Shown: piece by piece, positions 29,636 to 39,081 of the stretch
How positions within the stretch are numbered: position 1 is the stretch's first letter
Layout: every line of letters begins with the position of its first letter
Origin: Bacteroidales bacterium
GTDB taxonomy: Bacteria > Bacteroidota > Bacteroidia > Bacteroidales > DTU049
Assembly: GCA_026418905.1 (NCBI GenBank)
Contig: JAOAAK010000036.1
Coordinates: 1,163 to 65,162 of the forward strand
Reading direction: 5' to 3'
DNA: 64,000 bases
Translations under genes and position numbers: made by a program
Notes under the pieces: model-generated
Told to the model about the DNA's origin: nothing
Databases searched by the model: none
Seen by the model: the letters and a program-made list of their open reading frames with translations, nothing else

Positions 29636-30154
29636 TCAAAAACAAAACCTCAACATTAAACCTTTTGCTTTCGTATTTATGACTGGATATATCGAAATTT
29701 TCCTTACATCATCGATTTGAATTGAAAAATCAAAGAAATGGGCATACACATATGCATCAAGTATGTTCAGTGCATAGAACAAGGAAAAACCTATAATAGA
29801 GAGTTCTGTATTTCTGCGGTAAAAAGACATGATATCGAGTAAATTTTGTTCGGAGTAATAAGGAAAAGGATCCATTGTCAGTGAATCATTGTCTGTTCTC
29901 GCTAGATATGCTTTTTTGTAATCTTTATAATACTGATAATTCGTGTAAGCTAAATAACCCGTTGCAACTAAACCACCTATATACAATGGTGCTTTCCAGT
30001 ACTGACGGTTATAAACCTGACCACTACCCGGTAAAAAGGCAGACAAGATAAGAGCTTTTTGGGGTGAATGCATGCCTTTCTCTTCTTGGGAAAAAGAATA
30101 TGAAAAAGTAAACCAAATGAAACTGAGAAAAAATAATTTATGAAACATTTTCAA
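29636..30154 (-). CDS. DUF5683-like membrane protein
   Basis: 172 aa. The motif ALILSAFLPGSGQVYNRQYWKAPLYIGG and the position between parB and dapB are typical for Bacteroidota. Confidence 0.7.
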   Translation of the reverse strand: MKMFHKLFFLSFIWFTFSYSFSQEEKGMHSPQKALILSAFLPGSGQVYNRQYWKAPLYIGGLVATGYLAYTNYQYYKDYKKAYLARTDNDSLTMDPFPYYSEQNLLDIMSFYRRNTELSIIGFSLFYALNILDAYVYAHFFDFSIQIDDVRKISIYPVINTKAKGLMLRFCF

Positions 30155-31007
30155 AAAAGTGAATCAATGAGAGAAGTTCTTCTTCATTTCTGAAATGTAT
30201 AATAATCGATCCGCTTTTTTTCTTTTGAACTATTTTTACTTTGAATCCCTTTTGTTGAAATTTCTGTTGAAGCTCATCTAAATATGGATGTTTCGGTTGA
30301 TGAGTAGTTTTCTTCTTCGATGAAGAAGATTGCTGAATTTTTCTTACCCATTCTTCAACTTGACGTACTGAAAGACCTTTTTCTAGTATTTTTTGAGTAA
30401 TCTCCAACTGTAAGTTTTCATTAGGCAAGGTAATAATAGCGCGTGCATGACCCATGGAAATTTTGCCTTCTTTAATAGCGGCCTGAACTTCAATGGGAAG
30501 CTTTAGCAGACGTAAGTAGTTAGCTATAGTAGACCGATTTTTCCCAATTTTTTCGCTTAACTGTTCTTGAGTGAGATGATATTCTTCAATGAGTTTCTCA
30601 AAGGAAAGAGCAATATCAATAGCATTGAGATCTTCACGTTGAATGTTCTCGATAAGTGCCATCTGAAGTAGATCTGTTTCGGAAGCATCACGTATAAAAA
30701 CAGGTATGGTTTTTAATCCCACCATTTTAGCAGCTTTGAGTCGACGTTCACCAGAAATAAGTTGATAGGTTCCATCCGGCATCTTTCTAACCGTAAGTGG
30801 TTGAATAATACCAAAGCTTTTGATTGATTCGGCTAATTCTTTTAATTTTTCTTCTTCAAATGTATTACGTGGCTGATAGGGATTAGCAATAATTAGATCA
30901 ATATCTATGAAAGGAAAAGCTAAGGATGTAATACTTTCATCCACATCTAGCAAAGCCCCCAGGCCTCTTCCTAAAGCTTTCCTCTTTTGTGGATTGGTTG
31001 CATTCAT
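30138..31007 (-). CDS. parB: chromosome partitioning protein ParB
   Basis: 289 aa. It has the ParB box GERRLKAA, LIENIQREDLN, and an HTH (QEQLSEKIGKNRSTIANYLRLL). Confidence 0.95.
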   Translation of the reverse strand: MNATNPQKRKALGRGLGALLDVDESITSLAFPFIDIDLIIANPYQPRNTFEEEKLKELAESIKSFGIIQPLTVRKMPDGTYQLISGERRLKAAKMVGLKTIPVFIRDASETDLLQMALIENIQREDLNAIDIALSFEKLIEEYHLTQEQLSEKIGKNRSTIANYLRLLKLPIEVQAAIKEGKISMGHARAIITLPNENLQLEITQKILEKGLSVRQVEEWVRKIQQSSSSKKKTTHQPKHPYLDELQQKFQQKGFKVKIVQKKKSGSIIIHFRNEEELLSLIHFFENVS

Positions 31008-31786
31008 AAATTAAGTTCTTTGTTTTGATTTCGGCTTAAAATTTCCTTCGCCAAATTTAGATAAGCAATGGCACCTTTACTTTCAATATCGTAAGTAATT
31101 ACACTTTCACCAAAAGAAGGAGCTTCTCCCAATTTGGTATTACGAGGAATGATGGTCTGAAAAACCATGTACTGAAAATGGTTTCTGACCTCATCTACAA
31201 CCTGATTTGAAAGACGTAATCTTGCATCATACATGGTGAGAAGTATGCCTTCGATCGTTAATGCTTGATTGAGTTTTGTCTGTACGAGTTTGATGGTGTT
31301 CAGCAATTTACCAAGCCCTTCTAAAGCAAAATATTCACATTGAACCGGTATAAGCACAGAATCGGCAGCTGTAAGAGCATTAACAGTAATCAAACCCAAT
31401 GAAGGTGAACAATCGATAAAAATAAAATCATATTGGTCAGCTACAGGGCGCAAAACTCGACGCATCATTAACTCGCGCTGTTCCAGATCAATCATTTCAA
31501 TTTCAGCACCAACCAGATCAATATGAGCTGGAACCAGATCTAGATTAGGCACTTTGGTAGTTAAAATGGTGTTCCCTATAGGTACATTTTCTATAATAGA
31601 TTCATAAATACTGATCTTTATATTTTTGGGATCGAAACCTAGTCCAGAAGTAGCATTAGCCTGCGGATCAGCATCAACAAGTAAAACTTTTTTTTCCAAA
31701 ACAGCCAAAGCAGCACAAACATTTATCGCTGTTGTTGTTTTTCCTACACCCCCTTTCTGATTGGCGATGGCTATGATTTTTCCCAT
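31004..31786 (-). CDS. parA: chromosome partitioning ATPase ParA/Soj
   Basis: 260 aa with the deviant Walker A NQKGGVGKTTT. There is a 4-nt overlap with parB. Confidence 0.95.
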   Translation of the reverse strand: MGKIIAIANQKGGVGKTTTAINVCAALAVLEKKVLLVDADPQANATSGLGFDPKNIKISIYESIIENVPIGNTILTTKVPNLDLVPAHIDLVGAEIEMIDLEQRELMMRRVLRPVADQYDFIFIDCSPSLGLITVNALTAADSVLIPVQCEYFALEGLGKLLNTIKLVQTKLNQALTIEGILLTMYDARLRLSNQVVDEVRNHFQYMVFQTIIPRNTKLGEAPSFGESVITYDIESKGAIAYLNLAKEILSRNQNKELNL

Positions 31787-31792
31787 AGTTCT

Positions 31793-32143
31793 CTAAAAAT
31801 TATCTTCTACATCTTGATCATTTAAATGATCCCTAAGCTCAAAATCATCAATGTTATCAAAAATCTTGCTTTCTTCTTCTGTAAGTCGACCTGTTTTTAT
31901 AAAATTTAACGCTGCAAGTAATCCTGCAGTAAATTTATCGAAGTCTTCTTTATAAAGAAAAATTTTATGTTTTTCATAATAGAATTGCCCACTCAATTGG
32001 TTAACCTTTCTCTTTCTTTCTGTCACAGTCAAATATTTATCCCCGTTACGAGTAACCTTTACATCAAAGAAATATGTTCGCTTTCCAGCACGAACTGCTT
32101 TGGTAAAAATCTCTTCCTTCTCTCTCCTGCCATACTGTTCCAT
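31793..32143 (-). CDS. PUR-alpha-like nucleic-acid-binding protein (DUF3276 type)
   Basis: 116 aa. It has AGKRTYFFDVKVTRNGDKYLTVTERK followed by HKIFLYKEDFDKF. Confidence 0.7.
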   Translation of the reverse strand: MEQYGRREKEEIFTKAVRAGKRTYFFDVKVTRNGDKYLTVTERKRKVNQLSGQFYYEKHKIFLYKEDFDKFTAGLLAALNFIKTGRLTEEESKIFDNIDDFELRDHLNDQDVEDNF

Positions 32144-32162
32144 GACAAACTTGTTTTACGTG

Positions 32163-32170
32163 CAAAACTA
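32163..32170 (-). promoter_or_regulatory. Bacteroidota-type -7 promoter box for the DUF3276-parAB-DUF5683-dapB-lepB run
   Basis: The minus strand reads TAGTTTTG(CA), 19 nt upstream of the ATG at 32143. Confidence 0.35.
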
Positions 32171-32179
32171 TGATTTTTA

Positions 32180-32662
32180 TCAATATGGTATCTTATTCGG
32201 ATAAGCATTCCATTCATCGAAAGGTATCATATAATCATCCACCTGAATGTGTTGGGTTGGAATTTTCCTATCTTGATAGGATGTTATAAGTTCACGGTAA
32301 ATAAAATCATCATCAAATCCTGCACTAGCAGCATCTTTTCTTGTTGCAGCAAAGACTATTCTGTCTGGTCGAGCCCAATAAATGGCACCCAAGCACATAG
32401 GACATGGTTCGCAACTACAATAAATGGTACAACCAGTAAGTTGAAAAGATTTGAGTTTTTCAGTAGCTCGTCTAATGGCTACGATTTCAGCATGAGCCGT
32501 AGGATCATTCAATGAAGTGACAAGATTGGTACCTTCAGCTATAACCTGTCCTTCTTTAACAATAATAGCTCCAAAGGGCCCACCTTTACCCATTTTTACA
32601 TTCATCCGAGCAAGGTCAATGGCTCTCTTTAAAAAAACTACATCATCATGCATAAGCTTCAA
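32180..32662 (-). CDS. guaD: guanine deaminase (CDA-fold nucleoside/nucleobase deaminase)
   Basis: 160 aa. It has DPTAHAEIVAIR and CEPCPMCLGAIYWARP followed by AGFDDDFIYREL. As I recall it, this is close to Bacillus GuaD along its whole length. Confidence 0.8.
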   Translation of the reverse strand: MKLMHDDVVFLKRAIDLARMNVKMGKGGPFGAIIVKEGQVIAEGTNLVTSLNDPTAHAEIVAIRRATEKLKSFQLTGCTIYCSCEPCPMCLGAIYWARPDRIVFAATRKDAASAGFDDDFIYRELITSYQDRKIPTQHIQVDDYMIPFDEWNAYPNKIPY

Positions 32663-33842
32663 GATGTTTTACCAAAACATTTAATACATTACAAACATAT
32701 ATGATCATTTCAGAATCGATAATAAGAGGTGGAGCTATTCGTAATGTGTTCGGAGAAAACAAAAACCAATCAGTTAGAATACGATGTTCCAGTAATAAAT
32801 GAATCATTTGCCTTGTGATCCTTTCATTTTCAAACTCCACTCCAATAAGCAAACCAGATACTCTTACGTCTTTTATAAACGGATGTTGTTTGATAAGGTA
32901 TTGAAAAAGAAGTCCTTTTTCTTTAATTTTTAATTCAGGCAATTTACTAAGAATTAATTTAAAAGCAGCTAATCCAGCAGCACATGAAAGTGGATGCCCT
33001 CCAAACGTTGTAATGTGCCCCAAGGGAGGGTTAAAAGTAAGCTTTTCCATGATTTGACGGCTTGCAATAAAAGCACCTAAGGGCAAACCACCTCCCAGAG
33101 CTTTACCAAGCAAAAGAATATCAGGAACAACACCGTACTGTTCAAAAGCAAACAATGTTCCAGTACGTCCAAATCCTGTTTGAATTTCGTCGAAAATAAG
33201 TAAAGTTTCTGTTTCATTGCATCTTTCCCTAAGAGCTTTCAAAAATGTAGGAGTGGCTATCCTTACTCCAGCTTCTGCTTGAATTGGTTCAATAATAACT
33301 GCAGCAGTCTGACGTGAGATTTCACTCAAGTCTTCTATATAATTAAATCGTAATTTCTTAATGGATGGCAATAAAGGTCTAAAAGGTCTCGTGTAAGTTT
33401 CATCACTGATAAGACTGAGTGCTCCTTGCGTTGAACCATGATAAGCACCTTCAAAACAAACAATCTCGTGCCGACCAGTAAAACGCTTAGATAGTTTAAG
33501 AGCACCCTCAACTGCTTCTGAACCACTGTTTACAAAAAACACTTGTTGGAAACTATCCGGCAAATGCTCGATAAGCAACCTAGCATACTCCACCTGACTT
33601 TGTTGGATAAATTCTCCGTAAACCATTAAATGCGTGTAATCTTCCAATTGTTTCGCAATAGCTGCCTTAATCTCCGGGACATGATGACCGAGATTGCTGA
33701 CGGAAATACCAGAAATGAGATCAATGTATTTACGACCTCGATTATCGATTATTTTTAAACCCTGTGCTTTTATAACTTCCAACCCTAAAGGTTCTCTTGA
33801 GGTTTGAGCAAGATATGAAAAGAAATCTCCTCGCAGACTCAT
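32646..33842 (-). CDS. class-III (acetylornithine/ornithine-type) PLP aminotransferase
   Basis: 398 aa. It has FVNSGSEAVEGALK, FDEIQTGFGRTG and the lysine context LLLGKALGGG. Confidence 0.9.
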   Translation of the reverse strand: MSLRGDFFSYLAQTSREPLGLEVIKAQGLKIIDNRGRKYIDLISGISVSNLGHHVPEIKAAIAKQLEDYTHLMVYGEFIQQSQVEYARLLIEHLPDSFQQVFFVNSGSEAVEGALKLSKRFTGRHEIVCFEGAYHGSTQGALSLISDETYTRPFRPLLPSIKKLRFNYIEDLSEISRQTAAVIIEPIQAEAGVRIATPTFLKALRERCNETETLLIFDEIQTGFGRTGTLFAFEQYGVVPDILLLGKALGGGLPLGAFIASRQIMEKLTFNPPLGHITTFGGHPLSCAAGLAAFKLILSKLPELKIKEKGLLFQYLIKQHPFIKDVRVSGLLIGVEFENERITRQMIHLLLEHRILTDWFLFSPNTLRIAPPLIIDSEMIIYVCNVLNVLVKHLEAYA

Positions 33843-33857
33843 CCCACGAAATAATTG

Positions 33858-33930
33858 TTGTCCTGCCAGGGCTCGAACCTGGACTCTTCTGATCCAGAGT
33901 CAGACGTGTTGCCAATTACACCACAGGACA
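33858..33930 (-). tRNA. tRNA-Gln (anticodon CUG)
   Basis: Hand-folded cloverleaf of 73 nt. Acceptor stem TGTCCTG/CAGGACA (U1-A72), D stem GTGT/ACAC, anticodon stem TCTGA/TCAGA with loop CTCTGGA, T stem CCAGG/CCTGG with loop TTCGAGC. All stems are perfect. CCA is not encoded. Confidence 0.9.
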
Positions 33931-33947
33931 AAATGTACATTACAAAA

Positions 33948-35858
33948 TTAATTTGTTTTTTCGTTCAAAATGGCAGTTAGAAATTTTTCTTTCTCTTTAA
34001 GAACTTTTATTTCATTTCGTGCTCGCTCGATTTTTTCATTGAATTCCTTAAGTAATACATCGGCATTCTTGCTATTTGAAAAAAATGAAAGATTATTTTC
34101 CCAGAGTTGTACATCGTGCTGAAGCTTGGCAAGTTGAAAACGTAATTTTTTCAATTCTTGCCAAATTTTATCTTTCCCACCTGGGAGATTGGTCCACGAT
34201 TTAATTTTATCCTGATACGTTTCAAAATCAAAATCGTTCTGCTGTAGATTTAACTTTGAATAAAGATCATTTAACAACTTTTTCCATTCATCCTGAAGTT
34301 TATTTTTTTCTTCAATAGGGACACGTCCTATTTCATACCATTTTCTTTGGTATTCCTGTAGAATAGAAAGATTTTTTTTCTTATCATCGGTAAATTGAAA
34401 AGATTTGAGCTCATCGATTAAACGACGCTTTTTTTCCAAATTTTGTCTCTCTTCTTCATAGATTGACTCATAAAATTGTTTTTTTCGAGTAAAAAATTCA
34501 TCACAAGCTGCCCTAAAACGCTTCCATATAACATCACTGACTGCAGTTGGAACTGGTCCTATTTTTTTCCATTCCTCTTGCAAACGCAGGAGTTCGTTAG
34601 TAGCATTTTTCCAATCCGTACTATTTTTGATTGCCTCAGCTGCCAAACAAATATTTAACTTTTTATGATAATTGGCATTTAATTCTTCCTGATACATTTC
34701 AAAAAACTGCTTTCTCGACCTTTGGAAGCTTTCAAGAATAGATCGAAATTCTTGCCAAATACGTTCACTTTGTTCGCGTGGTACGGGTCCTACGTTTTTA
34801 TACAGTTCAATAAGTTCATTTATTTTTTTGTTTGCATCATTCCATTCTTTCAGTGTAGTGTAACCTCCAGAAGCTATAGCTTTTGCTTGTTGGACAATAG
34901 CTTGTTTGGCTTCAAGATTAGCATGATATTTTTTTTCAATTTCCTGGTAGTATTGTAATCTCTTTTCTCTTAGTTTTTCACCAGCAAGCTTGAATCTTTC
35001 CCAAATTTCATCCCTTTTATCAGCAGGCACAGGTCCTATTTCTTTCCAGTGTTGAAAATATTCTTGGTATTTCTTAAAAGCTACATGAATATTAGATTCA
35101 AAAAGCAATTGTTCAGCCATCTCACAAAGTTCGATTTTTTGCTCGAGGTTTTTCTTCATGTCAAGATCTCGTAGTTCTTTATACTGCTTGATTTTATCCA
35201 TGAAAAGAGCAACATAGTGATTATAACTCAACCAAAGCTCATTATTTTTGGATGGCGGTACTTTTCCAATTTCTTGCCATTTATCCCTTATTTTGTTGAA
35301 AGCATCATAAGTAACCTTAAAGGGTTCATTAGAATCTATAAGTTGTTTCAATTCATCCAGCAAGGCTAATTTTTTCTTGTAATTTTCTTCTTGTTCACGT
35401 GCAAGTTCTTCCAGATATTGTTTACGTTTTTCCTTATAAATGCTCCACACAGCCTCGAAAGCTTCAAGTTGTTTCTCTATTGCATCTTTACGGTTTTCGT
35501 ACTCTTCCTTATCAGTAATTTCAGCAAGTTTTCCAATTTCTTGCTGAGCTTTGGTCTTGTGAAGCTCTTTCAATTTGAGTATAGCATCACGAATTTCTAA
35601 AATGTTAGGGGAGTTTTGAACAAGTTGTAAAGCTGTTTCGTAAAGCTTGTCCATGTCATAATCATCCCAGACTTTTTCAATGTATTCATTGTCTTCAGAA
35701 AATTCAGTTGAATCATCTTTATCTATATCGTGTTCTGCTTCAAGGGAAAACTTGCTTTCTCCTGCTGCATAATAACTATCCACAATGGAATCAACTTTTT
35801 CTTCTGCTTCGAAACTGATTTTAGCGCCCTCCTGATTTAAGAAATTCTTTTCTTCCAT
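33948..35858 (-). CDS. DUF349 repeat protein
   Basis: 636 aa, highly charged. At least five copies of the W.EIG.VP......W.RF module are present (WQEIGKVPPSKNNELW, WKEIGPVPADKRDEIWERF, YKNVGPVPREQSERIWQEF, WKKIGPVPTAVSDVIWKRF, WYEIGRVPIEEKNKL). Confidence 0.8.
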   Translation of the reverse strand: MEEKNFLNQEGAKISFEAEEKVDSIVDSYYAAGESKFSLEAEHDIDKDDSTEFSEDNEYIEKVWDDYDMDKLYETALQLVQNSPNILEIRDAILKLKELHKTKAQQEIGKLAEITDKEEYENRKDAIEKQLEAFEAVWSIYKEKRKQYLEELAREQEENYKKKLALLDELKQLIDSNEPFKVTYDAFNKIRDKWQEIGKVPPSKNNELWLSYNHYVALFMDKIKQYKELRDLDMKKNLEQKIELCEMAEQLLFESNIHVAFKKYQEYFQHWKEIGPVPADKRDEIWERFKLAGEKLREKRLQYYQEIEKKYHANLEAKQAIVQQAKAIASGGYTTLKEWNDANKKINELIELYKNVGPVPREQSERIWQEFRSILESFQRSRKQFFEMYQEELNANYHKKLNICLAAEAIKNSTDWKNATNELLRLQEEWKKIGPVPTAVSDVIWKRFRAACDEFFTRKKQFYESIYEEERQNLEKKRRLIDELKSFQFTDDKKKNLSILQEYQRKWYEIGRVPIEEKNKLQDEWKKLLNDLYSKLNLQQNDFDFETYQDKIKSWTNLPGGKDKIWQELKKLRFQLAKLQHDVQLWENNLSFFSNSKNADVLLKEFNEKIERARNEIKVLKEKEKFLTAILNEKTN

Positions 35859-35877
35859 GCTTCGAAAAATAAGTTAG

Positions 35878-35885
35878 CAAATTTA
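35878..35885 (-). promoter_or_regulatory. Bacteroidota-type -7 promoter box for the DUF349 gene
   Basis: The minus strand reads TAAATTTG(C), 19 nt upstream of the ATG at 35858. Confidence 0.35.
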
Positions 35886-35894
35886 CATACTTTT

Positions 35895-36359
35895 TTAAAA
35901 ATCATCATGACTTCGTGCCAAGTACCTTTCTTCGTCTCTTCGACGAATTGTTTCACGTTTATCATAAGCTTTCTTACCACGAACAAGAGCTATTTCAAGC
36001 TTAGCTAGTCCTTTTTCATTGATAAAAAGTGATAAAGGTACGATGGTTAGACCTGCTTCTAGAACTTTACTTTGCAGCCGAGCAAGTTCTCTTCTGGTCA
36101 ATAGCAACTTCCTATCCCTAATAGGCAAATGATTGTTATAAGATCCTTGCTCATAAGGGTTAATATTCATGTTTTTAACAAACAATTCTCCCTTTTCAAA
36201 AGTACAATAAGCTTCATTGATACTAACCTTTCCTTGTCGAATACTTTTAATTTCAGTTCCTTTCAATACAATGCCAGCTATATATTTTTCGAGAATGATA
36301 TATTCATATGATGCCTTTTTGTTCTTTATAAATATTCGATGATCTTTTTGTTTTTTCAT
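35895..36359 (-). CDS. smpB: SsrA-binding protein SmpB
   Basis: It has NKKASYEY, GTEIKSIR, and the C-terminal LVRGKKAYDKRE. I start it at the ATG at 36359 (MKKQKDHR...). The ORF track extends 7 codons further, to 36380. Confidence 0.93.
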   Translation of the reverse strand: MKKQKDHRIFIKNKKASYEYIILEKYIAGIVLKGTEIKSIRQGKVSINEAYCTFEKGELFVKNMNINPYEQGSYNNHLPIRDRKLLLTRRELARLQSKVLEAGLTIVPLSLFINEKGLAKLEIALVRGKKAYDKRETIRRRDEERYLARSHDDF

Positions 36360-36403
36360 GAATATGTGAATGCAAGTCAAAAGCGAAAATACGCAAATTT
36401 TTC

Positions 36404-38347
36404 TTAAAGTAAGAGTTCTAGGTTTCCTCCTGGCGAAATATTCCGGTGTCGTAGTCTTGCCTCAATGGTGATTTCATAAGATTTCCACTTCTGAAACTCT
36501 CTCATTAAATTTGTCTGTTCGTTCTCATCGGTAGACTGTGCAATTTGTTTAATTAGCTCATAAATTTGTTGCTGAATAATGACAAGTTTGAATTCAAGAA
36601 TGGCATTATCAATTTCATTTTTCAGTAGCAACTGATTATTAAGTGTCGATTCAACATTAATATCTTTTTTCCTCCAATTGGGAGAAAGTTGGCCTTCTTC
36701 TTGAATTAGAGAGGAAAGAGTGGATGTTTCTTCGGGATCGAGCTTACTTAGAAGCACCGTCCACGAAAAATTATTTTCTTGATATAAAGCTTCAATTTTA
36801 GAAAAAATAGACTGAAATGCCTGATTTTCAAAAACTAGCTCATCTTCCTTTATTTCTCTCAGAATGTAATCCATCGCTAAAATTTTTGAAGTTTGAGTTT
36901 TTTCAGACGGAAATTCCAACATGCGTTCTCCATAAAGTAGGAGGTTTCTAATAATGTTTGCTTCAACTCGAAAACGACGTTGTTCCAAATAGGACATTGA
37001 ATAAAAAGGAGGTAATGTCGACTGAACAGGAACACCTAAGTTGTTTTGTTGCGAACGATGACTAAGATTCTTATTAAGCTCATGCATCAGGATGTTTTCA
37101 TCTAACTGATGTTTTCGAGCAATTTCCATTATCATATGATTTCGAACGAGTGGATAAGGAATCAAAGCTATGGATTGTATAATGTTGGTAATAGCAGAAG
37201 CTTTCTTGATAGGATCTTTATTTGCTTCATTTAATAAAACCTGTGTTTTGAATTCAATGAATGTTTGCTTTTCTTGGTCAAAATAATTAAGGATTTCTTG
37301 TGGATCATGTTTCTGTGCAAATGAATCCGGGTCTTCTTGAAATGGAAGTGATATTATGCGCACATTTAATCCGGCTTCCAACAACATATCTACAGCTCGC
37401 ATCGTTGCTTTTTGTCCTGCCACGTCACCATCATACACCAATGTGATGTTTTGTGTATAACGCGAAAGTATTTTGATTTGTTCTTCTGTAAGACTCGTAC
37501 CACTGCTTGCAACGACATTTTCTATTCCTTGCTGATAAAGGGAAATAAAATCCATATAACCCTCTACCAAAAAGCATTCATCTTTTTGAATGATCTTATT
37601 TTTCGCAACATGTAAACCATATAAAACCTTACTTTTCTGATAAATAATGGTTTCTGGAGAATTCACATATTTAGGGGAAGAAGAATTGTTTTGAAGGATT
37701 CTTCCTGCAAAAGCTATGACCCTTCCAGCAACACTGTAGATAGGAAAAATGATACGACCTGCAAAACGGTCTTTTCCGCTCTCTGAAATTAAACCATTTT
37801 CTCGTAACAACTCTATCCCATAACCAGCTTTTAAAGCGTATTGCAGAAAAGCATCTTTTTGCAAAGGTGAATAGCCTAGACCAAAAAGCTTTATGGTTGC
37901 ATCACGCAATCCTCTTTTTCTCAAATATTCAAGTCCTACGCTATTACCTTCGCCCGTTTTCCATAACTGATCAACAAACCATTGATGCGCAAAACTGTGG
38001 AGATGAAAAGATTGTTCCTCTTTAGTCTTGGAAATGAAGTGATCTTCCTTTTCTTCTGATTCGATTAGATCAATGCCATACTTTTGAGCCAAAAAACGAA
38101 TGGCTTCTTGGTAAGAAAATTTTTCATGTTCGATGAGAAAATTAACAACACTTCCTCCTTTACCACAACCAAAACATTTAAACATTCCTTTCGCCGGTGA
38201 AACATAAAATGAGGGCGTTTTTTCAGTATGAAATGGGCACAAACCACGCAAGTTACTCCCCACTTTTTTTAACTTCACAAATTCCCCAATCACTTCTTCG
38301 ATTCTTGCAGCTTCCAAAACCTTGGCAATATCTTCCCGTCTTATCAT
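36404..38347 (-). CDS. dnaG: DNA primase
   Basis: 647 aa. It has the zinc ribbon CPFHTEKTPSFYVSPAKGMFKCFGCGKGG, and Toprim motifs EGYMDFISL and DGDVAGQKA. Confidence 0.95.
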   Translation of the reverse strand: MIRREDIAKVLEAARIEEVIGEFVKLKKVGSNLRGLCPFHTEKTPSFYVSPAKGMFKCFGCGKGGSVVNFLIEHEKFSYQEAIRFLAQKYGIDLIESEEKEDHFISKTKEEQSFHLHSFAHQWFVDQLWKTGEGNSVGLEYLRKRGLRDATIKLFGLGYSPLQKDAFLQYALKAGYGIELLRENGLISESGKDRFAGRIIFPIYSVAGRVIAFAGRILQNNSSSPKYVNSPETIIYQKSKVLYGLHVAKNKIIQKDECFLVEGYMDFISLYQQGIENVVASSGTSLTEEQIKILSRYTQNITLVYDGDVAGQKATMRAVDMLLEAGLNVRIISLPFQEDPDSFAQKHDPQEILNYFDQEKQTFIEFKTQVLLNEANKDPIKKASAITNIIQSIALIPYPLVRNHMIMEIARKHQLDENILMHELNKNLSHRSQQNNLGVPVQSTLPPFYSMSYLEQRRFRVEANIIRNLLLYGERMLEFPSEKTQTSKILAMDYILREIKEDELVFENQAFQSIFSKIEALYQENNFSWTVLLSKLDPEETSTLSSLIQEEGQLSPNWRKKDINVESTLNNQLLLKNEIDNAILEFKLVIIQQQIYELIKQIAQSTDENEQTNLMREFQKWKSYEITIEARLRHRNISPGGNLELLL

Positions 38348-39021
38348 CAGCCCTTATTTTTTAATAGTGGTACGAACCTGAAATATCCAAAATCTTGAAC
38401 CATAATCTGACCATTTTTTTCTTTTACAATCTTCTTCATTACCTGAACTCCTGGTCCATCATCCACTGGCACGACTAAGATACCACCTTCTACTAGCTGA
38501 TCTACAAGTTTGTCAGGAATACTGCTTGCAGCTGCTGTCACAATAATCCGATCGAAGGGAGCATAGGTAGATAATCCTTCTGTTCCATCTCTATAAAAAC
38601 ATCGTATGGCATGATAACCCATGGCAGCAAGAAGTTCTTTAGCTTTGAGATATAGTTTCTGTATTCGTTCGATCGTAAAAACTCGTGCTCCCATTTCAGC
38701 CAGTATAGCAGCCTGATAGCCAGAACCTGTTCCTATTTCCAAAACTTTCATCCCAGGTTTTACTTCGAGCAATTCCGTCTGATAAGCAACAGTATATGGC
38801 TGACTGATGGTTTGACCCTCCCCAATAGAAAAAGGATGATCTCCATAAGCAAATTCTATGAAACTACTATCTAGGAAAAAATGTCGAGGTACTTTTTCCA
38901 TAGCCTCAAGCACTTTCTCATCCTTTATTCCTTTCGAACGAATTTCCTCTATAAGCTTTCGCCTTAATCCTTTTGTTCTATATGTATCCTCTAAAACTAA
39001 ACCGCGAAAAAATACTTTCAT
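38347..39021 (-). CDS. pcm: protein-L-isoaspartate O-methyltransferase
   Basis: It has QTISQPYTVA and VLEIGTGSGYQAAILA. The ORF-track start at 39030 is a TTG. The ATG at 39021 (MKVFFRG...) is the more likely start. Confidence 0.92.
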   Translation of the reverse strand: MKVFFRGLVLEDTYRTKGLRRKLIEEIRSKGIKDEKVLEAMEKVPRHFFLDSSFIEFAYGDHPFSIGEGQTISQPYTVAYQTELLEVKPGMKVLEIGTGSGYQAAILAEMGARVFTIERIQKLYLKAKELLAAMGYHAIRCFYRDGTEGLSTYAPFDRIIVTAAASSIPDKLVDQLVEGGILVVPVDDGPGVQVMKKIVKEKNGQIMVQDFGYFRFVPLLKNKG

Positions 39022-39027
39022 ACATTG

Positions 39028-39035
39028 CAAAAGTA
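39028..39035 (-). promoter_or_regulatory. Bacteroidota-type -7 promoter box for the pcm-dnaG(-smpB) unit
   Basis: The minus strand reads TACTTTTG(CA), 6 nt upstream of the ATG at 39021. Confidence 0.3.
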
Positions 39036-39081
39036 ACGAATCTGCATATTAATTTTAAGCAATTTTTCAAATGCCTTTTCG

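Noticed and set aside
33948-35858. The DUF349 gene, considered as a DNA-level tandem repeat.
   Set aside because: The repetition is visible only at the protein-motif level (W.EIG.VP). The nucleotide sequences of the modules have diverged, so this is not a DNA tandem-repeat feature.
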